Shown one piece after another: positions 22,701 through 34,049 of a DNA stretch of 64,000 bases. A program made the translations under genes and the position numbers. The number at the start of each line of letters is the position of its first letter. Within the stretch, counting starts at the first letter, position 1. The notes below the pieces were generated by a model. The model searched no databases and had not been told where the DNA came from. It worked only from the letters and a program-made list of their open reading frames with translations. This DNA is from Botryllus schlosseri (lineage: Eukaryota): assembly GCA_051294905.1 (NCBI GenBank), contig CM119371.1:41356001-41420000 (forward strand), in the 5' to 3' direction.

Positions 22701-25020
22701 GTATCTATGAGGCATGATTACGTCATTGCAATTTGCTAGCTGTCTGGATTACAGTTTGAGTGGTCATTGGTCATTGATTCCGAACCGATGACCGAATATG
22801 GAGTTAAATATACACGCAAGAAGGCGCTGTGTCTCTCACATATTTACGTAGAACTGTTAAACTACGTAATTGCATAGCCTCAGTTTATAGTTACCAGCCA
22901 AAATAGAGAAACGAATTGATAAGATGCAATACGTTACCCATTTACAAATAGATATGATACCATTCGAGCCTGCGCCAATGGTTGATGACTCTATAAACTA
23001 TATTCGACTTCAATTTCAATAAAACAATCGGTTTGGTTAAGGTAAGATAAGAAGAGAGAACAGAAATAGACATTTTGCTATTCTATTACTTTACCACTAC
23101 AGTTACGACAACGTAAGCTTTACGCTTCGATCACTTCGTTTGCAGTCAATCTATTTGTGAGAGAACAATCGAGGCTCGGTGAAATGCACGCTCATTGAAT
23201 GATTGGTCGCTCTCACGGGTTACACAAGCGTTTCGCGAACAATTCGAACTTATCCAAGATACAGTGATTTTTATCGACACCGATTACTTGATGACTTGAA
23301 ATTGACTCGTGAATTTTGCTCCGAGTCACGAGTCAATCCACTTTTCTGATACGCCGAGTCAAGTCAAGTCAAGTCATTTTAGCAAAGTGACTCGAGTCAA
23401 GTCAAGTCATGCGAAAAAGGTGACTCGAGTCATCCCAAGGCTGCTTTAAAGTGAATTCATGAACTAGAAATTTTGAATCTTATCTGGATACGGCACTCGG
23501 GCAAGAAATGTGCACCCGGATCCGATCCTATTTATGAAAAACATGCCGGATTCCTGTCCGGTTAGAATCCAAAATCCTGATACTGTGCATCTCTAACATA
23601 GAGTCGAGATACGTCCGAGTCATGTGCTGCGAGTGCATATCACGACTCCAGAGGGGTCAATAACGAAGTATTTCTATACTTCTTTGTTTGACGACTACTT
23701 CCGCTTCCTCTTGAAAAGATTTTAGGCAAAACGATTTTACTTCTTACCAATTGAATTTCCAAAAGTAAAAAGGAATTTTGGGTCCGTTTTCATCACTTTC
23801 ACGAGTGAAATTGTCGTAGTAAGCGCGTGAAATAGCTCCTGCGAATGAAACACAGTTACCTCTTATTTCAGGTGAACACTCATGGTACTTATGTCTATTG
23901 CAGGGTATTATTTTCTTCACCCTGTTCTGTTTGCGTCGAAATAACGTGAAGCAGTTGTGGATAGCTCAATTCGGCGTCTGTTGCAAGTACGACATAACGA
24001 AGAAGTCGAAATCAGGTAGCTGCATCTAGTGTGCACCGCTTCTACGCTTATCTTGAACCTACAAAGTCAAGCTATATTACTCGGAATTTTAAGATTTCCA
24101 CGTGACTTTAATGCGGTTGTGTCGCATTTTCTACCGACTGCTCTAAAGGCAATTCAGGGTTGTTCAAACATAGCTTTTTTCATATATTACTGATACTAAT
24201 TACAATTCACTAATTATACTTACTGATACCAACGTGAATATTATTATTGTTTGTCTAATTCTGTTAGGTTGTCTATGAAAAAGGCGCTGCACATCGAATT
24301 AGGTTCCCTTTCAACCGGTAGGTGTGCAGTTGTATGGGTAAAAATTGGATTGGTTTAAATAAACAAAAACTTTATTTTTTCAAATTTTATAGGCTACCGC
24401 ATGAAAGCGATGCAGAAGGAATTTGGCTACATTGCAACCCGTTGAAGTGAAGTTATTGGATTTGAAAAATATATTATTTACGGTGGCAAATATTATCATT
24501 TAGCTATGGTACTCCAATGACTTCACCAACTGAGCCAAATTTGTTATACATCGATTTTTTAGACAATGCAAAACTTTATGGGGTATCCAGAAAAAATTGA
24601 AAAATATTATTCTTTTAAAATAAATCAAAAATGTTTTACTCTTCGCTTCGCTTCGCTTCTGCCGGTTAAAATGAGTCAAATACGATATGTACCGTCTCTT
24701 TCACGCAACCTAACAAACTTATCAACTATCCGGTTATTTTTGAACAACCCTAACAGACTTACCAGCGCATTTCGGATCATTGATTGTTATTATTTTACTT
24801 TTATCATTTTTACATCTCTTTTAAATACCAATGTCATTGTCCAGCTACTTCGTCGACATACGACACGGGCGGGATCCTTCCGTCAACAGCACCTTCCCAA
24901 AGCACGATCAGAGTGAAAAAAGGTAATTGACCTTGATCACAGTAATATGATATAGGTAGAACTTACGGGATTTCGTCCCGTTTAGATGAAATGGACATGG
25001 CAAGTTTACAATCCGGATGA
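4705..25020 (+). CDS. Adhesion GPCR paralog A (signal peptide - degenerate HormR-like region - GAIN/GPS - 7TM), 15 coding exons, about 687 aa
   Basis: Hand-built GT-AG exons with compatible phases: 4705-4771, 5265-5395, 15033-15191, 15385-15585, 16270-16476, 17260-17376, 17442-17600, 17680-17789, 17985-18179, 18758-18915, 19486-19646, 22047-22220, 23904-24015, 24845-24922, 24986-25020 (2064 nt, ends ...ASLQSG*). GPS: CAFLDFETVNWNYSGC...VTCICNHATNFAVLV. Family B2-type TM motifs: IGCILSIVGLLLTIFTY, IHLHLCSSL, QFSFLSAWGWM, CWL, LLGVTWMF, NAFQGIIFF. Exons 2-15 are colinear with paralog B. AATAAA at 25342. Linkage of exons 1-2 across the 9.6-kb intron is less certain than the rest. Confidence 0.88.
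5952..5994 (-). ncRNA. Candidate minimal hammerhead ribozyme (mirror copy)
   Basis: Reverse complement reads ACCC-CTGACGA-GTGTCAGCC-GAAA-ATAT-TC-GGGT with a 4-bp Watson-Crick stem I. Confidence 0.5.
6131..6173 (+). ncRNA. Candidate minimal type I hammerhead ribozyme
   Basis: GCCC-CTGACGA-G(TGTCAGC)C-GAAA-ATAT-TC-GGGT: core boxes CUGANGA and GAAA, UH cleavage triplet, stem I GCCC/GGGT, palindromic ATAT loop III. Stem II is only 1 bp. Confidence 0.5.
6832..7336. mobile_element. hAT/Charlie-type MITE
   Basis: TIR CAGGGGTGGGCAAC / GTTGCCCATCCCTG, degenerate TSD ACATAGAC/ATATAGAA, GCGGGCCG subterminal motifs. The same family end occurs at about 54165-54237. Confidence 0.8.
7624..8592. mobile_element. 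piggyBac-like non-autonomous element
   Basis: TTAA on both sides, termini CCCTTTTAAT / ATTAAAAGGG. Confidence 0.8.
9249..11073. mobile_element. hAT/Charlie-type element (C[A/T]GGGGTGTCAAAC family)
   Basis: Perfect TSD CTTTAGAC. A homologous copy at 26266-27388 (TSD ATGTAGAG/ATGTATAG) lacks the 10045-10987 insert but carries its own insert at about 26937-27299. Confidence 0.8.
10045..10987. mobile_element. hAT-type element with GACTCGAGTC/GACTT subterminal arrays
   Basis: TIR CGGTGTTGGGAT / ATCCCAACACTG, TSD GTGCATTG/GTACATTG. Inverted full-length copy at 22511-23443. Confidence 0.85.
12161..12975. mobile_element. hAT/Charlie-type MITE
   Basis: TIR CAGGGGTGGGCAAAC / GTTTGCCCACCCCTG, TSD GTGTAGCC/GTGTAGAC. 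Confidence 0.85.
13272..13880. mobile_element. hAT-type MITE (TAGGGTTGTTCAAA family)
   Basis: TIR TAGGATTGTTCAAAAA / TTTTTGAACAACCCTA, perfect TSD GTGTACAG. Elements with the same termini at 24155-24752 and 52448-53047. Confidence 0.85.
15720..16025. mobile_element. hAT-type MITE (TAGGGTTACC family)
   Basis: TAGGGTTACC / GGTAACCCTA termini. Relatives at about 18550-18740, 26937-27299, 47608-48020, 48120-48432 and 58877-59205 (TSD CTTCAACA/CTTTAACA). Confidence 0.75.
16613..17031. mobile_element. hAT-type MITE
   Basis: TIR TAGAGCCCGACCGATATC / GATATCGGTCGGGCTATA, perfect TSD ATTATGAC. Confidence 0.85.
21329..21521. mobile_element. Short hAT-type MITE
   Basis: CAATGCTCCCTC / GAAGGAAACATTG termini, perfect TSD GTCATACG. 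Confidence 0.75.
22233..23595. mobile_element. hAT-type MITE with nested element 22511-23443
   Basis: Outer termini TAGAGATATAC / GTGCATCTCTA with TSD ACATAGAG; inner TSD CTTTAAAG. The paralog B intron at about 51806-51840 shows the empty site. Confidence 0.85.
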
Positions 25021-27460
25021 GGATTGCCTGTAATCGCTCAAGCAAGAAGGGAGATGTATAGCAAAATAACACAATGTAGCATACGTTTCAAAATAAGCGC
25101 CATCCCTCAGAACTGTTCCGGTCAGCGGCACCATGTTACATTCTTCTTTCAGAAATATAGTTCTTCGCTTTCTTGCAGAGTAGTAGCCTACACATGATTT
25201 CAACATTGCTACAGCATTACTAGTATTTTTGTTAAAAATGAGACTGTAAGATAAACCCTTACAAACCACTGGTAGACTGGTTATCCGTATTCGAAAGATC
25301 TCTAACATAGGCAACGGTAATAGTTATGACAAAAGAAGTGTAATAAAGAAACGCAAATACAGCAGAAATGTCGTGGTCCTTACTTTCATTTTATTTTAAC
25401 GTAGGAGCTGCGCACAATACCGTAAAACGCTTTTCAGCGACTAAGGATTGGATATCATGATTAGCGAGATACGGTTTTAGCTAAAACACGGTCTCCTCGT
25501 CGAGCTTGATACTGTGAGGAAGCCCTGAGCCGGCTGAGCTGTTTTCTAAGCGTCTCAGTCTTGGCGCTTATCTGGGCCACTGCACGTCAAGGTAATATGT
25601 CCATTCATGTCGGCTGATTCTCCTTCGATGGAATGATGCTGCAATCGTCGTAGCCGGTTCAGCTAGTGAGAAATAATGATGTTGGGCAAAGGCGAATAAT
25701 TTATTTTAAAAAACAACAACAATATTTTAAACTTGAATCAATTTCAACATTTCAAAATGCTTTACTTAGCGTTGGTCTCAAATATAATAGGAATTATACG
25801 GCTGTTGACAAGCATCGACAACACTGCAGTACAAATGTGCACACTTCATTACCATCTGAATCGATATAGTAACAGGAAACACGATCTCGTAACACATTTC
25901 ACGTCAGGGTAAGACTATGTGTGTAAACAAACATAGACGGTACACTCGTTAAGCACCAGCAAGGAATCTCGGTATTATCGTATAACGAAGAACTCGTATC
26001 GAAAGTAAACACAGCCCAGAAGCGCTGTATAGTCATTAATTGAATGTATCATACATGTACGCAGTGTGGCATATTGAAATCATGGATGCAACTGTGGCCT
26101 ACAAAATGATATACCAAAAGATATGTATATCGCAATTTCAAAGTGGCTAAACCGAGATATAAGCTATCACATGGTAGGGGTGCGGGTTAGTGACACTTAT
26201 ATCGTAAATCTCTAGCTTTGGCAACTGTTATTATTCGTTCGCTAATGCGTAGAATTCATGTAGAGCAGGGGAGTCAAACATATCTCCCGCGGGCTGCATC
26301 CAGCCCGTCAGACGGTTTCATCCGGTCTGTGAAGCAATTCTGAGTACATTCAAAAAAGCTTTTATATCCAGCCTTATTTCTAGCAAATGTATAAATTTTT
26401 AGTAAGAAATACTTCCATTAAATAGGCTAATCCCCCAAGACTGCAAATGTCAACTATGCTCATTGTTCATAGGCCACATTTTCACCATCCGACAGTGGCC
26501 TTGTGTTTTCACTCTAGTCGCTATTAGGAGCAAGTCGCTGACATTTACACCCAATTCCGAGAAGGAAAAAAATGCACGCACTGAGTTCACAGTGTTATCG
26601 ACAAATGGACCGAAAACAAGTTATTCCCAGAAGAGAAAAACGCCAATATTACGGAACCGTTTTGTGAAGGACACATAGATGAATACAATAATTGCACAGA
26701 TGTATGCAGCAAATATCTGCCGTCGCATTGCTGCTTCATTTCTGACTCAAAAGCTCCCCGGCCTCCAGTGAAATGCGAATCGCGATTTAATAATATATAA
26801 GGGTATTCAAATGCCCTGTCACCGTATTTCTTTTGGCAATTCGATCGGTTCTCTGCAGATAAAGGTGTTGGTAGAATTGAAACTCAATGGTCCGTAATGT
26901 AATGTAATATACTAATATAGGCTTGATAATAGAGTATAGGGTTACCATACGTCCTATTTTTTTGACTTTTTTGAAAGTGTCCTCGGAGGACGCCTTAATG
27001 ACCTATTTTTTGAGAATTTTTCCTCTTTTTGAAGTTTTTGTCAAATGTACGCGGAAATTGGACTGAGATATAGTGTAAATCAGCGCTCAAGGGACGGTCC
27101 GGCGGGCTATCGGGACTCGGGACAGTCAACCAACGGAAAATCTCATAGAAATGCGTTATTCCGGGATTTGAGTCGGAAAGGTAACCAACGACAAAATCGG
27201 GGAAAATTCACCACTTTTTCCGATTTTACTCCAGCATTCTAGGTCTCAAAATTTTCAAAAAGTGTCCTCTTTTCGGATTTCCAAAATATGGTAACCCCAT
27301 AATAAATTATTCATTGGAATACATTGGCATGTATATTCAGGTGACATTTTGGTCCGGCCTGCGACGCAAGTCGAGTTTGACACCCCTGATGTATAGAATG
27401 TTGTTTGTGGAATTCACGGTGTTTGTCGACTACTGTGGTCCATTTTGTCATTTACACCAG

Positions 27461-27680
27461 GCCGATATTCCTTATTTTTTGTTTCTGCCGACTTGTAGCA
27501 CGGCCCACTTCTAGGCTTTTAGTAAGACACCGCTTACGTAGATGAGACGGCGAGGCGGAGCCCAGATAAACCTCCAACACTTCGGTAGGAAGTACGAAGT
27601 CGCCCTCGGTCGGACCCGGACCCGCAACCCATTGGTGTTGCAGCTATGGATTATACTATTACGCTATCTAGCCACCCCAG
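27461..27680 (-). mobile_element. Probable tRNA-derived SINE
   Basis: Reverse strand begins GGGGTGGCTAGATAGCGT...GGGTTGCGGGTCCGGGTCC (A/B-box-like). Similar heads at about 18302-18385 (+) and 53652-53735 (+); body fragments at about 60265-60367/61643-61670 and 50910. Confidence 0.55.
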
Positions 27681-29513
27681 GTGTAAAATGATTGAGGGAA
27701 TAAATCAAATGAGGGTGTCGACCGGGAAATTATATATGATTGCCAAGACATTAAAAAATGCCTTTTTTTATAGCCTACAACTTGACTACTGCTGGGCAAA
27801 TTTCAGTATCTGAGTGATTCGATTATGAATCGATTATTTGGCTTCGCTTCGAGTCGAGTGTTCACGTATCACTCACGATGACGTCATACCAGTATAAAAA
27901 TCGTGGAATCGAATATATAGGCCTACCTTTCATGTCATCACAAAGCATATAATGTCAGGTCAACATTACGTTGGATATGATGCAGTATTCTTTTGATCAC
28001 GCAAATTTAATTGAACTTTGCGACAATGCTGTGGGCTAATCACGACTTCACAAAAATGGAATTTCCACTAACGTGGGTAGCTTTGTACGACATATTTCGT
28101 TTACTGCGATACGACGAATCGAGGTTTCAAAGCTTCTACGACGGAAAATACTATCGAAGCTATACTTTTCGTTGAGAAATTAACTTTTTTTCAAAAAGTT
28201 TTGGGTTAATTTAAACCGGGCTTAAGACCACTAAATGACTTGTAGCCTAAGTCGGGTTTAAAAGTCAATTCGTCGACGGACTTAAGCGAGTCAGTATGTG
28301 CTTGAGTTTAGCTCAATTTATGCCTTGTCATGCTCGAATTTCGTAGTAGTCAAACTATAGATAACTAGGTTGGTTATCTATAGTCAAACGTTTCTCCCAA
28401 AAACATGATTTCATTTTCCTCTCCGTGTGCGGTAAGCTCGTGTCACTTGTATATATATGGAATCGAAGTATGGATTTGGAAGCTAATTCATATAGTAGTT
28501 ACGTTGATCGATTCTCTTGTGGTGCAGCTTGGCGACGCGTGAGTGAAGGTGCTTTCGAAAGAAGACATAGTAATATACAGATAGGTAGTTCTGAAGATGT
28601 CGTACGGGAGAGCATTTTTAGTGGTACCCGAAGAATATGGATTTTACGAAATTGTGTTCCGTCTGCAATTTGCTGTCCTTTGCAGTAGCGGAAACCTCTG
28701 TAAATACGCGATGTAAGAATTTCTTGAGTTGTGCAATAATAATTCACGTTAGTATGGTTGCGTCACAGAAGATTCACAACAATGGGCAAATGGAGTAACT
28801 GGTGAGATTGGTCAACTACGACATATGTATAATTGCACCAATAATTAATAATTACCGGTGCATTTGAGTAAACGAAGCCATCGAGGAGACAGGTTGTACG
28901 CAGCATAGTATAAAAAATAAAAGTGGTAAGCGATCTGGAAAGTTTGAGAAACACTGGTATAGATGAAGCAATATGGTCTAGCTCAGAGGTTCTCAAGCTT
29001 TTTGTCTCCGCGGACCCCTTTAGGACCGTCACGGACCCCAACGAAGTTTTACTTCAAATTTAGCTCAATTATCGTGCAATCGTTATGTCTGTCTTGTGCA
29101 AAGAATAACTGTAGGCTTAGTGATAAACAGCAACAAACATCTATTCATGTAGAACTCGGGTTGACTTCTATTATTTCAAAGCGAATTCTGCAACTGCATT
29201 TCTTGGAATACGTGGTCGACTGGTCGTGTCTTGAAAATCCGCGCCTTCGATTTGATGTACAGGAGTGCCGAAAATCCATTTCTACAAATACAGATGGAGG
29301 CGAATGTCATAATAACGGTCAACGCTTCCGAAGACGCATTTGGGTATATGATCGTAACAAATATGACACAAAAATTTCCAAACAATTTTTTTACTGAACA
29401 TATAACGTCAAGCCTGGTCATTTCTCTAGCAGCTTATCTAGAAGTTATTGTGGAAAATGGTTATGCATATCACAGGAGAAAATGGATTTTTGTAAACATT
29501 CCGAAGTCACCGT

Positions 29514-32500
29514 TGTAACACGAGAAATGGTCAAGTGATTGTGAGCCTCACAGCTCAGTAGTGCCCTCTCTGGTTGGATTTTCCCCTCGTGTCTTGATAG
29601 TCACTTGTTGAAGTTTAGTCGCTTTGTTGCTTGTAATATTATTGGATCAGTGATTGAAGTTAGGCTAAATTTGGGGATATAATGTACCATAGGGCATTAT
29701 TTGTATTGTGTAAGTATTGTATAAGTTTTAGGCCATCATTCAGGTGATTGTATTTTGTTTAGATTGTAAGTTTAGAGCCTAGAGAGTTAACTGTTGTTAA
29801 CCGCTATTGTGACTATTACCTTGACGTTGACGTGATCTTTCTATGTAGTAAATTTGTTATCCTATTCTGTAATTTGTTGAGTTACATTTGACCGGGTCTC
29901 AGGGGTAGGCTCGGATTGTAGGAAGCAAAGAAAGTGAGGTGGTAGTCTCAATTCGAGTTGGCAAGCTACTCGACAAGCCTAAAGTGTTACAGCCAAAACT
30001 CTAATCAAGTAAATATAACGAACTATCGTTTGAGCTAGGCAACGACCAAAACGTCCGTTATATTTAAGTTAACAACAATCTCAGAAGTTATTTGAAGACT
30101 ATCAAAACGGCAATTTTTGGTAGAAACGGTCGTCCACGGTTTGATATATCCAAGTCTATTGTATAGACTTGGCCATTGTTGAATATCAATTGCTGTAAGT
30201 GGAGTACCGGTATTGTACCGTTTGACAACTGTTAGTAGAAGTATTGTATTGGAAGAGCTGACATTGAATTGATTGTTAGAATCAGCTTTAGTAGCAGTTG
30301 ATACAAATTCGTAAGACTATTGAGGCTGGTGTTCCCAATAGAAAATTTGACTGCTAAGCCAAGGGTTCTCAGCACAAGTATTTTGCATTTGAATGAGATA
30401 TAGGTTCTCATATGAGGCTAGTGTCCTCCATACATGAAATTGTCCTAGTTGTAATTGAAAGTGGAAGCAAGTTCAGGAGTTGTTAATTGGCCCACCATAT
30501 GTAATAAGTAAATTAGTTATAGTTCACGCCAGTCAAAACGGTAATGTGCAACTGAGGTTTCCAACGTCTCTCCAATTCGTAACTGATGAAAAACAACAAT
30601 GACCATGGCAAGAATTAAGTGTGTGTCTGAAGAAGAATTGATTCAGAAGTTGGCCGGACTGCATAGAAGATATGAAAGCATTGAACACGAAATATTGACC
30701 CGAGACGTAAACATCAATCTTCTGAGACATCAAAGTGATCTACGGTGTATGTTTCAAGAATATTCTACACTCTGGAGTTTATATCTCCTCGGAGTCGAAG
30801 ATGATCTAGAAAAGATTGCATGTCATAAAGATCATGATAAACAAGTGAGATTTTATCATGAATTCCAAAGTAAGTTGGAGAGATGCATGCAAGAAAGATG
30901 GAAACATACTCGTTCGCATTATGTTGGAAGCAGTCGTCATATGTCTCGGCGATTGGGAAATGCATATTCTGCAAGCATACATGATAGTGTAAATGTGAAG
31001 AGAAAAGAAGCAATCATCCAAAAGAAAATGGCTCATTTGAAATTAGCTTATCAGTTCAATCGCGAAGTTTTGGAAGATGAGAAATTAATGATTGAACGTA
31101 AAACGTCACGATTACGATTGAAGCAAGACTTTGAACTTGCTTGCGTTGAAGCAAGTATTTGGAAATCCTCAGCTAACGTGCACAAGCTACATTCATACTC
31201 GCAGAAGAATACTGAAGAAATGGCTGTTTGTCAAGGTACTGCTCTGAAGCAAAGCAGTGTAAATACAGAGAATCCAGTTTCTCCTGCCCTCGTTGGACTT
31301 GCTGTGAAAGACCTTGGCAACACTGCACAAGTATTTGTCAATGGGACAAGCAAAGACAAATCTGATGTGAAAGGTCAGGATGTGGAATGTCCAAGTAATT
31401 CTGAAGCTGTAGTATTCAATTCCACTGAAGTCGATGTTATCATCGATCCTGTCAATGTGCCACACCCAATTGAAGATTGCATCAATGCAAATACTTGTGT
31501 TCAGGACCTTGGTATTTTGAAAGGAAACTATGACAACGTTGAGGACTGTGACACAGAATGTTCTCAAACCACAATGGTTAAATTTGACAGTGCTAGGTCT
31601 TGTAAATTTCCTGATATTGGAAAGGCGCTGAAATGTATTCCGGAAGACGTTCTCCATGTGAACAGAGTTGATGATTATATTCCGGAACATACATTGTTGT
31701 GTGAACACTCAAGTTGTTCACGTGATGCAAAGTTTGAAGGTGAAACCGAATCACCTAATGCGCATGATGAAGTATCAATACTTCACAAGTCAAGCCATCC
31801 TGATCCAACTGGTAATGGTCAGGTAGCAAAGATGCCTGTGCAATTTGTGCAGAGAGAAGTGACAGGAGATCAATTCACATTTGAGAAACGATATTCTCTT
31901 GATGCCAATATTGAAAAGTTGATGACACAGGTGTCAATGGATTGCGCATTGGATTCAAAGATTGAAGCATGCTCTCGTTCCATAACTGGTGACGATGGGA
32001 TTCGCGATGTGAGTGCTAATTTCCAATCGCAATTGTTGAAGGATCCACAAGGGTATTCTGACAGCATTGAGTTTGATGAAGAAGCATCTCTTTATAATGG
32101 GGCTTGTCTTCAAGAGCTTGCTCTGTTTGGTAGCATGGACAAATCAATGTTGGAGTTGGCTGCCATTTGGATTGGCACTGACATATTGTCATTATCCTTC
32201 TTTTATAAGGAGGTGCAAACCGAAACAGCTTTGGAGACCTTGAAGAAGATTGAGTGTCTGGTGAATGCCATTGTGCGATGTGGATCGAACTCCGATGTCT
32301 CCCAAAGAAGAAGAGTGGAACCTTTCCTCATGGAGTTCCAGTTTTTCGTTCGTACTTGGTTGATTGTACAGCCAGTAAACAGATGGTTGTTCGAAAATGT
32401 TACTTGAAGACTGTTGATATATTTGAGAGATTTACTGAAGTCTCACCAACCTTTTGAAGAACATTTGACCTATATTGATAGTGACATTGTGGCATGAGTT

Positions 32501-33147
32501 GATTGGTAATTTGAATTACTTTTCTTTGGCTTGATAATATCTCGTGCTATTAGGTTAAGTCGATGTATTCTCGTAATTCCTACATCTGTGGGGGGGAATG
32601 TAACACGAGAAATGGTCAAGTGATTGTGAGCCTCACAGCTCAGTAGTGCCCTCTCTGGTTGGATTTTCCCCTCGTGTCTTGATAGTCACTTGTTGAAGTT
32701 TAGTCGCTTTGTTGCTTGTAATATTATTGGATCAGTGATTGAAGTTAGGCTAAATTTGGGGATATAATGTACCATAGGGCATTATTTGTATTGTGTAAGT
32801 ATTGTATAAGTTTTAGGCCATCATTCAGGTGATTGTATTTTGTTTAGATTGTAAGTTTAGAGCCTAGAGAGTTAACTGTTGTTAACCGCTATTGTGACTA
32901 TTACCTTGACGTTGACGTGATCTTTCTATGTAGTAAATTTGTTATCCTATTCTGTAATTTGTTGAGTTACATTTGACCGGGTCTCAGGGGTAGGCTCGGA
33001 TTGTAGGAAGCAAAGAAAGTGAGGTGGTAGTCTCAATTCGAGTTGGCAAGCTACTCGACAAGCCTAAAGTGTTACAGCCAAAACTCTAATCAAGTAAATA
33101 TAACGAACTATCGTTTGAGCTAGGCAACGACCAAAACGTCCGTTATA
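29514..33147 (+). mobile_element. Non-autonomous LTR retroelement (BEL/Pao-like by inference), recently inserted
   Basis: Two 549-bp LTRs (29514-30062, 32599-33147) with no difference seen by eye. 5-bp TSD ACCGT (29509-29513, 33148-33152). Polypurine tract GGGGGGGAA just before the 3' LTR. One internal ORF, no RT/integrase motifs seen. Confidence 0.93.
30599..32407 (+). CDS. 602-aa ORF inside the LTR element; probable gag-derived protein with coiled-coil N-terminal part
   Basis: Longest ORF in the window, intronless, between the LTRs. Charged helical N-terminus (KRKEAIIQKKMAHLKL...RLKQDFELACVEASIW) is reminiscent of BEL/Pao gag N-termini. No YxDD, protease or CCHC motif recognised. Confidence 0.7.
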   Translation: MTMARIKCVSEEELIQKLAGLHRRYESIEHEILTRDVNINLLRHQSDLRCMFQEYSTLWSLYLLGVEDDLEKIACHKDHDKQVRFYHEFQSKLERCMQERWKHTRSHYVGSSRHMSRRLGNAYSASIHDSVNVKRKEAIIQKKMAHLKLAYQFNREVLEDEKLMIERKTSRLRLKQDFELACVEASIWKSSANVHKLHSYSQKNTEEMAVCQGTALKQSSVNTENPVSPALVGLAVKDLGNTAQVFVNGTSKDKSDVKGQDVECPSNSEAVVFNSTEVDVIIDPVNVPHPIEDCINANTCVQDLGILKGNYDNVEDCDTECSQTTMVKFDSARSCKFPDIGKALKCIPEDVLHVNRVDDYIPEHTLLCEHSSCSRDAKFEGETESPNAHDEVSILHKSSHPDPTGNGQVAKMPVQFVQREVTGDQFTFEKRYSLDANIEKLMTQVSMDCALDSKIEACSRSITGDDGIRDVSANFQSQLLKDPQGYSDSIEFDEEASLYNGACLQELALFGSMDKSMLELAAIWIGTDILSLSFFYKEVQTETALETLKKIECLVNAIVRCGSNSDVSQRRRVEPFLMEFQFFVRTWLIVQPVNRWLFENVT

Positions 33148-34049
33148 ACCGTGATTGACCTTACTCATCCAACTGTTTTTCCACAATCCGCAACAAAACA
33201 TTTCTAAACAGCAAAATGTGTGTATCATTAGGCTATTGGCCATTTAGCATGTAAAATGAGTCTACACAGTAGGATATTTCATCTCAGATGGCCATTCTGT
33301 TAACGTGAGCTCTGGAGTTTTACTTGTAATGAAGCCAAACTGCGTCGTGATTTTTCGAATTAAAAGAATACAAATTAGGTTATCCACTATTTTTAGGCTT
33401 CGCGGACCCCTTGAAAATGCTTCGCGGACCCCCCCCCCCCCCGGTTGAGAACCACTGGTCTAGCTGGTGCTGCAAGAGCTTGCTGCGAAATAAAATCGGG
33501 TATAACACAAAGTCTTCGAGTGAAAATGTGTGCGCTTGTGCGTCTCTCACAGCTACTTCTACAAGTGATGCTGCGACCCAATCACACAGATTTGACGGCA
33601 CGATGACTAGGCTATCATGTATCGATACCGGTACTCAACAAGCCGGTTGCAGACCATATTGTTGTTGTATTCTAAATGATGAAGAATAACTGGGGAGACG
33701 TGCATGCAGTATGCGCAAGCGCATCAACATTAATTATAGAGAAGGTGCAATTGTGTGAGCCCTTCACCGTTTCAAGTAATCAAAATCGTAACTTTACGGC
33801 TCATACAGCACACCGAGCCTTCCGAAGCTACCAGCGTGCTACTACCACAACAACACATTAGGCGCTGTGCCAAGAAACATACGTCAGACGATTCTATAAT
33901 TATAATTGGCTCGAAGAATGAGACTACATGTGGTTTGTAACATTCCGTTTTACACGTAGACAACTTGTATATCGAGTTAACGATTCCCGAGCAAAGATGA
34001 CGTGATATAGTAATTCCACGCTGTGATAATAAGCAAATACATATCCGGA

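Larger units (their letters stand above)
28984..33457 (-). mobile_element. hAT (Charlie-like) deletion derivative, about 835 bp, interrupted by the LTR element
   Basis: TIRs CAGAGGTTCTCAA / TTGAGAACCACTG, perfect 8-bp TSD GTCTAGCT. Minus-strand remnant YPNASSEALTVIMTFASICICRNGFSALLYIKSKAR (about 29240-29350) resembles the hAT C-terminal dimerisation domain. Confidence 0.85.

Noticed and set aside
30599..32407. 602-aa ORF as a host gene
   Set aside because: It lies between identical LTRs with TSD and PPT, so it is element cargo.
28763..33689. ORFs spanning the duplicated host repeat (271-576, 601-998, 28763-29041, 33380-33689) as a possible gene
   Set aside because: Frames and stops are not conserved between the two copies, several ORFs run through MITE sequence, and I recognise no domain.
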